A stretch of 63,986 bases of DNA, counting the filler, from Stramenopiles sp. TOSAG23-6 (lineage: Eukaryota), in NCBI GenBank assembly GCA_900128565.1. It is 7 parts of 7 records of this genome, joined end to end, with 100 filler letters (N's around TTAATTAATTAA, not from the genome) between each part and the next. Parts side by side here need not be neighbours in the genome. Positions count along the whole stretch, not along the records: positions 18,523 to 27,675 come from LT636392.1; positions 27,776 to 36,862 come from LT636393.1; 5 more parts are not named here. One strand, written 5' to 3'. Position numbers and translations under genes: made by a program. Below, one piece after another: positions 22,820-33,500 of this stretch. Under the pieces are notes generated by a model that was not told where the DNA came from, ran no database searches, and saw only the letters and a program-made list of their open reading frames with translations. The stretch's first letter is position 1. Each line of letters opens with the position of its first letter.

Positions 22820-22975
22820 ATTTTGATTATTTTTTATTTAATCAAAGCTGCAAGGTCGAATATTGTTCAATAAACTAAAGACAGATTCCACAAATAATAA
22901 ATTTTGATTATTTTTTATTTAATCAAAGCTACAAGGTCGAATATTGTTCAATAAACTAAAGACAGATTCCACAAA
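22820..22975. repeat. ~81-bp tandem duplication covering the stop region of the CASC1-like gene
   Basis: ATTTTGATTATTTTTTATTTAATCAAAGCT.CAAGGTCGAATATTG...CACAAA twice. Confidence 0.85.
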
Positions 22976-24107
22976 CAATGGATCTTCATTTTCAGCAACT
23001 GCTCCCAAAGCTTCTTTGCCACATTTTTCTTTGGATACTACATTTGATAGATACGAATGCGTTTTCTCTCCATGCATTGCTTTCCCACTAGACCAACTCT
23101 TATCTGTTTCACTTGCAGCACTCCATAAACATTTTACCCCACGTTTGGCATCGTCATCATGTATTTTGAAAAAATATTTCAAAATTTTTTTTAAAAAATT
23201 CGTTAGGTACAAAATTTTGTATGAAAAAAGAAATACATTTGAAATTCATGATAAAAACAAACATTTTCATAGTAAATAGTCCACCAACCATCATCTGGAT
23301 CTGTCGTAGGAATTATACCTAATTTTTTTTCTCCAATTTTGTTAGGCAGTAAAGATTCTTCTGGGGCTTCTCGCATCAGAAAGACAGCAGCGCTTTCCAC
23401 GCAACTTTTATTCCAATTTGAATTTCTAATTTCGAAGCCTGCTGAGATATTAGCAATATCGCGATACATTTTATTTTCCAATGTAGACGATTTGGTCTGT
23501 TTATTCAATGTTTTAGCATCATTTTCGACAAAGCAAAGTGAAATCCCTACATCAGCCAGTGTATTAATCAGCTGTCGTGCATGTATTTTGTAGAAATATT
23601 TCAAAAAAAAAACTAAAATTTGTTAGGTACAAAATTTCGTACGAAAAATAAATTCGAAAATTGAAAAAAAAATAAAACATACATTCATCCTTTTCCCAAT
23701 TATATTTGCAAGTTCTGGAACATTTGGTCCAATTGCGGCACAACCATTCGATGTAATTGAAATATCTACCACAGAAGTTTGAGTCACGACAGTAAGCTGT
23801 GCCTCTGATGGCGAAGTGCGCAAAGGTCTCAGGTAAAAATTTTTTATTGGCAAACCTGCATGGTGGGGTGTTATAAGTGATAGAATTCCAACTTTCACTG
23901 TACTAAATGTAGCGATTCTAGAATCAGCATCCAAGGATACATCAGTTATGCCTTTTTTCTCCCATTGTCCTGACTCTTTGTTCCACCACCCGACTGTTAT
24001 CTCTTTCCCGCCACTATCATGTCGCGGCAGAACAATTGTAGATGGTATCTGAAAACTAACTCGTATCGGTTGCACAACAGTTTTCCCTGGCGTGCCTTCA
24101 GGAGGGT
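22919..24107 (-). CDS. CASC1/IC97-like axonemal dynein intermediate chain, C-terminal exons 24107-23683, 23580-23263 and 23158-22919
   Basis: Recognised from motifs GWW.....WEKKGITDV, F.T..VG.L.L and P...F.LRP; needs HMM confirmation. Confidence 0.55.
23159..23262 (-). mobile_element. Family intron, GT...AT (104 nt)
   Basis: AAT|GTTTGT...TACCTAAC...AAAATACAT|GAT, in frame. Confidence 0.85.
23581..23682 (-). mobile_element. Family intron, GT...AT (102 nt)
   Basis: AAT|GTATGT...TTTCGTACGAAA...AAAATACAT|GCA, in frame. Confidence 0.87.
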
Positions 24108-24199
24108 ATGTATTTTGGAAAAATATTTCAAAAAAAAATTGTTAGGTACAAAATTTCGTACTAAAAAACAATTTGAATTTGAAAAAAAATAAAACATAC
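24108..24199 (-). mobile_element. Family intron, GT...AT (92 nt), joining exons of two apparently different genes
   Basis: Consensus sequence; donor is phase 0 but the downstream exon needs phase 1. Confidence 0.8.
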
Positions 24200-25105
24200 A
24201 TAAGTCCCAGGTCCAGGAGTTTGTTTACCATTATGAATGATCCAATCCAAATAGTTTTTTGGATTAGCTGTGCTCCATGTTCCACCTCTAGCATTAGACG
24301 ATGTATCATCTATGTAATATTCTCCTGGTCCTGGTGTCAATTTAGCTCGTTCAATTGTTTTGTCAATCTCAGACTTTGTAATTTGACGCCCCCAACGTCC
24401 TCCTGTGGTATTTAGCGTGCTCGGCGTTGAATATTCACCTGGTCCAGGAATTTTACCAGCTCTATATATAGTCCAATCTAATTCTGACTTTGATACCCCA
24501 ATCGAAAATGTACCACCAGTTTGATTAAGTGCTGGTGGAAGCGTATATTGCCCGGGACCAGGTTGGGACTTTGCTTCTATAATTTGAAAATCTAGGTCAC
24601 TCTTTGGCACTGCAGTTGAAAATTTCCCTCCAAGAGATTCTTCTTGTAGATTTGGGAGTTTATAGGCACCTGGTCCTGGAATACGCTTTGCTCTAAGAAT
24701 GGCCCAATCTACATCTGATTTTGGGTTTCCTCCAACGATGCAACCGCCAATGATAGAGTGCCCGATTTCTCCATATTTTGGTACGTATTTCTTTTTACCT
24801 GCTTCAAGAATGTGTTGCTCCTGAGCACGAGCACTTTGTTCCTGCATTCGTCTAATTTCTTTCTTTGCATCTTCCTCTTCGGTTTCATCATCTTTACCTG
24901 AAATCATTAACATTGATTTTTCATATAACGTTTTAGACTCAGAAGGTGATGTATGCCATAAGTCAAAATCTATTTCAGCTTCATTCTGTGTTCTATTCTT
25001 TTGTTGTTCTTTTCTATTAATATCCAGTCCCGCAGCACGTTCAGTTGCAGTCGTATCACTATCAAATACAGTTTGGTAGAGTGTTTTATTGGACTGTAGA
25101 CTCAT
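24200..25105 (-). CDS. ODF3/SHIPPO-type PGPGxY repeat protein, first exon
   Basis: Five KSxxDWxIxRAxxxPGPGxY repeats. Confidence 0.8.
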
Positions 25106-25498
25106 AATTGATGACTGTACAACAAGAAAAACAATCTAGGAATAGATTCTTACACTTTGTAAAGGTTATCTTTTCATTTTCTTTTTTTTTACAGTTACAT
25201 TTCGATTTTTGTTTAAACGTTTGTTACTGATATTAATATCAATATTTTAATAATATGAAGGATGCGCAAAATCATTAAATCATTTTAAATCATTCACTAA
25301 AAATAAATTTCGCATCTATACTTTGTACTATACATAAACAAAAAAAACAAAAACAACAAATTAATTTAATAATAGTATTTACTTTTTTATTTTTCAACTC
25401 ACTTCATATTATATATGGATATTTCTACCAACTTGTAATACGCCCGCAAATTATTTTTGTTCAATAAAAAAAAAGTATGTAAATTTCATAGTATTCAC

Positions 25499-27619
25499 TT
25501 AGGATGATTGCTTTGATAGTTGGCCAAGTTTCAAAAGTTCTTGAATATGTTGTTGCTGAGTAAGATCCAACGCATTTTGTATATTCTGAAAACCTGTAGG
25601 GTCTCGTTTTGAAAATGATAATAAAGTATCATGAAACAATTCCAAATGTTTTATCTTATCAATTGGGGATTTATGTCGTTCATCGACTTGAGCTTCAAGA
25701 TCCGATTCATCATCAGAATCATCAAATCCACACATATAACCTTCCCCTTTTGCTTCCATCTCTAAGAATTTTGCATACGCTTTATCTTCCTCATTAACTG
25801 CATCATCATCACTACCAAAAGCTTCGTCTTCGTCACTTGTAGAATTTTCTTGATCGACTTCAAATCCACTCGCACTTGTCGATGCTTCTGAAGACGCATT
25901 TTTTTCCGCATTTTTTTCCTGACGTCGTTCTTCTCGTTCACGACGACATTCACAGTCATTAACGAGAAATTCAACGCATTTCCCTAAAATTTGAGGGAAA
26001 CCAGATTGAACGGATGTAGGAAAAGAGTTTGCTGGGAATTGTAAAATTGAAAGAAATCCTATCGCAGAAACCTTTTTCTCATCTCGCGTGCACATTCTTG
26101 GCAACATACTGAAAGCAGCACCAAAAATTTGATTTGTAACACCAAGATTTTCTAAGCACTGTAAAGTTAATGTTGCATTATAGAAGAAAGCAGAGTGAAT
26201 GACACATATAAGATTGTACTTTAACATCTCCTGTTCACTATTTACCTGACTTAGCATCTTCATTGTCATTTCTAAAATTGAAGGTAATGCATGATCTATC
26301 TTTCCACGCGAATGAATAAGTATACTAGAAAGTAAACTTGCAGCATCACCACATTCTTTCTCTCCACTATTATGTTCAAAAGTGCGTTGAATCATTTCAC
26401 AAGCCATTACTAAGTAGTTCTGTCCAGTCGCTGGATTACCACGTACAAAGATATCATTACTGAGATGTATAAAGTTTTCAAATGGCATAACAATTTCGGA
26501 CATATAATCAAACGCATATTCCATAAACGCAGCATGAATTCTAGGATATAACGTCCATAATCCTGGGGAAATTTGAGGAGTGTAATACGTGAAAAAGGAT
26601 ATAATCGTCAGAACTTGTTCGAAATATTCCATGCCACGACCACTCGTCAGCAGAGAATCTAGCATTGGTAACAATACAACTTCCATCTTTGGAAATATCA
26701 TCATATCTTCACTTTCCATAGCGTGTTGAAGAAAAGTACTCATACATTCTAACGTTGTCATCGCTGCCATTGCAGATTCATCATTATCCTCACCATCCTC
26801 ATGAAGTTGTTGGAACGTTTTTGCTAGTTGAGTCATTAATTCTTGTGCAAATGGCAAAATTTGTCCCCCAAATTCCTGAATAATTGTTTCAAGAGCAGCA
26901 ATAATTTCGTCAACTCCAAGTTCATTCATCAATCGAAAATATTCTGTTAAAATTTGTGGTATGACCGGTTCCATTACCTCAGCAGTAGTTTTTGATTCTA
27001 TAAGAAAACGAAGAGCAATGGCTGCAGACATTTGTGTGGGTAATTCGGGATCTTGAAGGAGTTTTATAATTTGATTTACCGCAACTTGCAGATTATGTTC
27101 CGATTTAAATTGATATTCTGCAAATTGTTGAAACATCCAACATGCTCGAGCACGTAAAAATCCAACAGGACTTTGAAAGTCTGGAATGACAAAAGAAACT
27201 AGCATACCTTCAATTGCTTTCTTATACATTTTTTTCTTCATCAATTGATCAGCAATGGCACCTAATGCATGCAATGCTCCATCCTTTTGAAAGCACAATG
27301 CCATGTCACTTGCTTGTTGATTTGGTGAACTTTGAATAAACCTATTTAAACGTATAGATAATTCAGGCATGAGAATTTCAAGAATACCTTTACGAGAATG
27401 AACCAAATCACGGAGAAGATTTATACAAGATGTTCTAGGGTCTAAATAATCACACATTGGATCATATGCCTTTCTTACATATTCATGAGGATCTTCCGCC
27501 CAGAGTTCAGCATCGTTTTTGTTAAACTCTAAAATTGGAAGCATTACTTGGAACATTAAAAAACTTAAGTGAGGTTTGATCAATTTGTACGTAACTTTTG
27601 GTTCAACTGCTGAACTAAC
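25499..27619 (-). CDS. Importin-7/8 family (SAD2/Nmd5-like), last exon
   Basis: LWAEDPHEYVRK, KDGAL, SPVGFLRARACW and acidic C-terminal loop. Confidence 0.9.
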   Translation of the reverse strand, partial: VSSAVEPKVTYKLIKPHLSFLMFQVMLPILEFNKNDAELWAEDPHEYVRKAYDPMCDYLDPRTSCINLLRDLVHSRKGILEILMPELSIRLNRFIQSSPNQQASDMALCFQKDGALHALGAIADQLMKKKMYKKAIEGMLVSFVIPDFQSPVGFLRARACWMFQQFAEYQFKSEHNLQVAVNQIIKLLQDPELPTQMSAAIALRFLIESKTTAEVMEPVIPQILTEYFRLMNELGVDEIIAALETIIQEFGGQILPFAQELMTQLAKTFQQLHEDGEDNDESAMAAMTTLECMSTFLQHAMESEDMMIFPKMEVVLLPMLDSLLTSGRGMEYFEQVLTIISFFTYYTPQISPGLWTLYPRIHAAFMEYAFDYMSEIVMPFENFIHLSNDIFVRGNPATGQNYLVMACEMIQRTFEHNSGEKECGDAASLLSSILIHSRGKIDHALPSILEMTMKMLSQVNSEQEMLKYNLICVIHSAFFYNATLTLQCLENLGVTNQIFGAAFSMLPRMCTRDEKKVSAIGFLSILQFPANSFPTSVQSGFPQILGKCVEFLVNDCECRREREERRQEKNAEKNASSEASTSASGFEVDQENSTSDEDEAFGSDDDAVNEEDKAYAKFLEMEAKGEGYMCGFDDSDDESDLEAQVDERHKSPIDKIKHLELFHDTLLSFSKRDPTGFQNIQNALDLTQQQHIQELLKLGQLSKQSS

Positions 27620-27675
27620 ATGTATTTTGGAAAAATATTTCAAAAAAAAATTGTTAGGTACAAAATTTCGTACGA
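27620..27675 (-). mobile_element. 3' half of family intron (...AAAATACAT|GTT), contig end
   Basis: Consensus sequence. Confidence 0.8.
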
Positions 27676-27775
27676 NNNNNNNNNNNNNNNNNNNNNNNNN
27701 NNNNNNNNNNNNNNNNNNNTTAATTAATTAANNNNNNNNNNNNNNNNNNNNNNNNNNNNNNNNNNNNNNNNNNNN

Positions 27776-27802
27776 TAAATTAGAAATTCATATAAAACAT
27801 AC
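27776..27802 (-). mobile_element. 5' end of family intron (AT|GTATGT), contig start
   Basis: Identical to 18550-18576. Confidence 0.7.
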
Positions 27803-28198
27803 ATTGGTGGAGTAAATGTTGATCTTGATTCACACATTTTACTAGTATTTCTTGTCTCTACAACTGTGTGTACATCATCAGCACTTGAAGTTTTATCAAC
27901 TAGTGTATAAGTCTGTGTTTCACTACACTTTTTTTTATGCATAGGAGGTGGGAAATTATGCGTTTTTTTATGCATAGGAGGTGGGAAATTATGCGTCTTT
28001 TTATGCATAGGAGGTGGGAAATTATGCGTTTTAGATATCACACGATGTGTTTTTTCAACATGTACAGCCACATATGGCACATGTTCATTTGTTTTCGTTG
28101 TTGGAACATTCAAAAAACGTTTTGTGTGTAGTTCGTTGGAAAGACCGACTCTTTCTTTTGGAAGAGAGTGAACAGTTTTTGATCTGGAAGAGTTATTT
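27803..28198 (-). CDS. Hypothetical protein fragment with three 11-aa repeats (KTHNFPPPMHK)
   Basis: Open frame with 33-bp tandem repeats at ~27930-28030, ending at a family donor. Confidence 0.45.
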
Positions 28199-28289
28199 GT
28201 AGGTTTTCAAAATTGAATTTCAAATTTTTTTTTTGTACCAAATGTTGTACCTAACAGCTTTTTTTTTTTAATATTTTTTCACAATACTT
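28199..28289 (+). mobile_element. Family intron, GT...TT (91 nt)
   Basis: GTAGGT...TACCTAAC...TCACAATACTT|GG TCT GAA; the exon resumes at the conserved kinase Trp. Confidence 0.72.
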
Positions 28290-29060
28290 GGTCTGAAGGA
28301 ATGCAACTAGCTGCAAAAATGAACTTTCGTTTCCCTCAATTTGTAGCAACTGATTTATCAACAATAATTCCTAATGCCTCACCTGAAGCAATTCAATTAA
28401 TTGAAGATTTACTTCAGTTGAATCCAAGTAAAAGACCTTCAGCAAGTGATGCCTTGCAATACCCTTTTTTTATGATGTCAGTAAAAATATCTCGTCCGTT
28501 GTTACAAAGTGGAGAGAAGAATCTAGAAGCAATAAACTCACAATTACTTGATGAAAATAACGATACAATGGAAACCGTAGTAGGACAATGTGAAATAGAT
28601 AGTAGTATCCGAAATAAAAATGTTAGTGATAAAAAAAAGATCAATGATAAAAAAATGGAAAAAACAGATAAAAATCTACAAAATAGTTTTGGAAATGATG
28701 AAAAAATGNAAAAAAAAAGANAAAAATCTACAAAATAGTTTTGGAAATGATGATGATTCTTTTAGTCATATTTTTGATGATTGTGATGAGGATGTAAATG
28801 CAAGCAGTAATTTTGGAGTTAAATCAAATGATTCTTATAGTTTTGGTGAATTAAAAGGATCTGCTTTAACAACTACATCAAGTATTAAATCTAGTTCTAA
28901 AGACTCATTTAGTTTTGAGAGAAGAAAAAGTAGTTTCGCCTCAGTTGGATTAAATTCATTTCATAACACTAAGCAAACAAGTGTTGGAACTAGTAAAAAT
29001 ACTTTTGGTTCACTTCAAACAAAATCACTAGATAAACAAGGGTTTGGACGACACAGATAG
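28290..29060 (+). CDS. MAK/ICK-family (RCK) protein kinase, C-terminal exon; frame uncertain around Ns
   Basis: WSEGMQLAAKMNFRFPQF...IPNASPEAIQLIEDLLQLNPSKRPSASDALQYPFF. Confidence 0.85.
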
Positions 29061-29241
29061 TATTAATAATAAAATGAATGCCGAAAAAAATATAGTCAAT
29101 AAAGTAATTTATCAAGTTTTTCAATTTTGTAGACTTTTGTTATGATATCCACCATGAATTACAAAAGATTCGCTTCATACTGGTCAAATAACTGAATTAC
29201 CAAAAAGCATCATCTAAATTCCTTCGGAGACTGATTCAACT

Positions 29242-30179
29242 CTATGCAGACATATCCATTCCACTTTCAACTTGTGGTGCAATGTTTCTAACCGTCTTTG
29301 AAATCACTGTTGTCACGCCGCTTTGAATACTGAACTTACTTGGTCTATGAACATTAGCGCGTAGCTTGGAGACATCATTTGGCTTTTCGACTCCTCTGAA
29401 GTACTCTTTAGTACCATTATTCCTTAAAACCATCACGTCAACATTACTTCCGGAACCAAGGTCATTCCATATACCGGATAAAATTGCACGCTTTACAAGT
29501 TGCTTTGCCTCTTCTTCCGATAAGCCTTCTTTGAAACCCGTTTCAAAAACTGACATTGCACAGAGACTTCCACTTCCCATTGTTACATATGCTGTGGTGT
29601 GTGAGATTGAAAAATTACATTGAAATGTTAGGAATATGATGGTGGTTGTGAAATATTTCTTTGGTTTCATTTATATCGTATATTTAACCTACGCAATTTA
29701 TCGGTTGACCCATGAGGATAAACTGTGTAAAGGTGGGCACCAGTGTGATCGGTGCCTCCGAGGACTAATGCGGCGCTCACGTGACCTTGGTATCTGAACA
29801 AATATTTCTTGAGGCGGGTCATTGCAGTGACTACTCTTGATTGAGTTCCAGTTTCCATTCTCAATAACTTTAACTGATTGCTAACCATCTCAGTCACATT
29901 CTCGGTGTCTGCTGACGTTCCAGCTCCACAACAATAGATATTTGGAGCTATGTAGTGAATTTTTTCACAATTTTTATCACAAACTGTTGATCCTTCTGTA
30001 GCACGAGTATCAGCACCGAGTACCACACCATCTTTAAAAACTACGCCGCAAATTGTCGTACCCGTTTTATGAGCGCCTGGGGGTTTCAATCCGGCATCTT
30101 TTTGGATCAACTTGTTGCGCTCAACATTGTCAAAATCAAAGCCTGCTCTGGCTACACCATGGTAATCAATTAATGTCAT
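29242..30179 (-). CDS. PSMB7: 20S proteasome subunit beta-2; exons 30179-29693 and 29591-29242
   Basis: [43 protein letters not shown] and [13 protein letters not shown]. Confidence 0.95.
29592..29692 (-). other. Canonical GT-AG intron (101 nt), not a repeat-family member
   Basis: TTG C|GTAGGT...TTCCTAAC...CACCACAG|CA TAT restores KLPYVTMG. Confidence 0.92.
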
Positions 30180-30543
30180 TATATAATATACGAATAGTGT
30201 TGAGGTGCTACGATCTGTATCCCTTTCAATGTATTGGCAGATCAAGTCTCTACCTTATATTCTATACACTTGGTTGTTGTTTTTGAGTCCGAGAGAGAGA
30301 GAGAGATTCCGGGACGCGAATCAGTCGCGTCGAACGCCACGAAATTGGAATTTTTCAGAATAAATAGCCCTAACCCTAGCTAATATGGCTAATCACAATG
30401 AATTTTTTGGAATTTTTTGGCAATAATTATATTTTGATGACTCAAGACTCGAGTCCGATAGGTCTCTATTATTATTCACACACCAAATATTGCTTAGAAA
30501 CCATTTTGAAAGTGTCCTCTTCAACCTATTAGGCAAAGTGGGA

Positions 30544-33500
30544 ATGTACTTTCAAGAAGTCCCACTGAGTAGTTTTTCTAGGTGCTCAAGAGAAGAGCGT
30601 GTTCCCTTCCCTTCAGGATTTGTTCCTCTGAAAAACTACGCGAGTCACACTCGGCTTGAAACAGCATTTGGCAGCGGTAAGTTCTGTAGCCCTTCAGTAG
30701 ACGGCAAGGCAAGGGTTTTTACTTGGCAGGTTGAAAAAGATGTAATAGAGCTATTAGAGGTATCATTTGAATCAGATATTGTGAATAATTCAATCATACT
30801 ACGCTTCCCTGCACCCGTATTAGCCAAGAGTGTGTCATTATTCTCGGATGAAAATGGAAGTATAATTATTTGCGCTGCAACTCGTGCTGGCACTGCCCAT
30901 CGAGCAACATTCCAACAACCACAAACTCACTCGTGTCAGTCTGTGCTTGCTCAACATGTTATATTCGAAGGTGTTGTTGTTGTATCACCTGAAATATTGC
31001 AAGCTTCATCAGATGCAATTGCTGATTGCTGTGCGTGTTGGTCTAGCTTCTCGACTGTGGCGTTCTGCTGGAAGTCTTCAATGCTTTACTGTGCGTCTTG
31101 GCCCCGTAGCAGAAGTTCATCGTATACACAACAATCATTAGAGCCACAGATTTATCAATTGCCAGCAATGTCTACAATTGGTCGTATTTGGTCTTCTGTC
31201 GTTGGTGAAAATCAGTCAACTCGTATTTTATCCCTTGCTAGTCATGGACCAGCTGTTATTGGTATATCTACAGATGGAAATTTACATGTATGGAACATTG
31301 CAAGTCGTTGTTATAGTGGGATGTTACCTCCAATTTTAGCTTTGTCTGATGCTATGAAAAATTCGGATATTATATCTGCAACTTTATGTGTTCGTTCAGC
31401 ATCCATTAAAAGGATTCCTCACCGTGGCTTATCGGCTAACACAGGTCTATTTAAACTTTTATTGTGTACAACTTTATCATGCAAACGACAATTATGTGCT
31501 ATCCTATCTGGTGATTCGAGACATTTAGATGATGGTATAGAGATACTTAAATTTAGTCATATGCTTCATACTCCAAATATAGGAAATGATGGTAATAGTG
31601 ATTGGCAACTTCGTGATACAGCTCTTGGTTCGGGTGGTCGTACTTGGATGCTTTGGTCAGCTGCTGATCATTCAGATTTTTCAAGTTCACCAAATAGTGC
31701 AATTGTTTTATCGAGTGGAAGGGCTAGACAAAAGAGTAGTCACTTACGGGTACGACTTCTTGAAGCTGATCATTTAAATTTTAGTAAAGGCGATTGTTGT
31801 CTTCCACCTGAGCTCGCTGATCTTGATGATGACCAAAATGATTTTGAAAATGAAAATACACTTTTTGGTGACGAAGATTCAATGCTTTCTGGTGGCACCA
31901 GTTACCTAGCAGGAAATATGAGTACGACGCACTCTGTATTATCTACTTCAAGAATGTCTCGTAATAATATATCAATGCGAAGTGGTGTACAAGAAGTTGA
32001 TCCGGCCTCTGTTGATGGTTTTTGGTGTCGTAGATTGTTCATAGGAGGTAGGTTCTCTCGTAGTATATTAGGAGCAGAATTGCGATTACAACAACGAGAT
32101 GCACATGGCACACCAGGTCGTCGTGGTAGAAATAGTGATACATCATTGACATGGGCACAATTACAGGAAGCAATCTGTGATGCAATGCATGAAGCAGCTG
32201 CAGGTAATGCTTCAAATTGTGGAAATTATATTTTATCAGCACATGATCTTCACGCACAATGGAAACATTTTGCAGCAGCATGTCAACGAAGACATGCGCG
32301 TGAGTTCATACCACTTGGTGTAGTAGTATCTGATCATAGTATAAGCTGTGGTCCACTAATTATTCGCAGTTCCGGTGTCAATGTTCTTTGGCCTATGGCC
32401 CGTATTTCTCCACCACTTGTATTGAAAGATGAACGATGTATTATCAGTACAAATGCATGGATTGCTGCAGGTACTGGTAATGGTGATGCACTATTTAGTT
32501 CCAAATATTCTTCAGTTTGGTCGTGTCTAGCTGCGATTGCCGTTCCAGAACATGCGCATGTACTCCGCCATCTTGGTCGAGCTGATGGCTGCGATGGTAC
32601 ATTTGAATGTGAGATGGCCTTTATGGAACACCTTGGAGTAGCTACTGAAAATTTAGCTCTTGCTGCAATGCCTACCTTTCACAGTCTAGTAAACATGGAA
32701 ATTCGAGGAATATCGGCTTCGGGTATGAGTCCAACACAATTATTTCAGGATTTCTTGCATGAGCTTACTCCAAACACTTCAAGTGTGTATTCTGGTACGT
32801 CGAAAAATGATGATGAAAGTATGTGGAATGGTGCTGGTAATGACAACATGGCATGTGCTGTGACTGGTGCATTGTGTTCTCTTCTTGGTGCGCGTTTCGA
32901 TATTATTCGCTGGGTGTCATTATTACTATCGTATATTCAAAGTTTTGCGGTGAAGATGCCTTGTATTAGTAATCGTACAAAAACTTTTGGTCCTAATTTA
33001 AACGATCTTCTTACACACTCTTTATCACTAACACTTCGTTATCGTGCTTTAGTCTGGCTTGCAAAACAAAGAACTAATGAACCACCACAGCAAGAGTTCG
33101 CATGTCCTATTGTTTCGATTCCTTCAATTGCTTCATTTAGTAACTTTGACAGTGTAACTTCCTCTGGTTACTCTCAAAATATCAGAGATAGTTATAGTAA
33201 AAAGGGTCAAGAAAACGGCAGTACTAGAAAACGGAACCATAGTGATATGATCGCTGACCGTGTAATGTCAAGAGATATGTCAAGAGAACGTATATCATTG
33301 CGTGAAGGTTCAGTTCTTTTAACTGAGTTCTTCGCCGTTAATGTTGATGAAATTCGTTGTATGGTGTGTAATACTGGAAAAAGTGGCTCTCGTTTAATTG
33401 CATGGTTTGAAGCTAATGATTGGACTGGTCCTGGCGCTTCATCTAATCGAGCTTTACTCCAACAATCTTTGGTATCTTCTTTCCTCGAACTTTTATGGAT

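Noticed and set aside
23608-23625. AG in AAATTTTAG about 10 nt after the branch motif as the true acceptor
   Set aside because: Absent from many copies. Using it would leave ~30 nt of T-rich repeat of variable length in the mRNA and break frames or conserved motifs.
21174-24199. Regularly recurring repeat as a CRISPR-like array
   Set aside because: Eukaryotic context; the spacers are exons of variable length; no cas genes.
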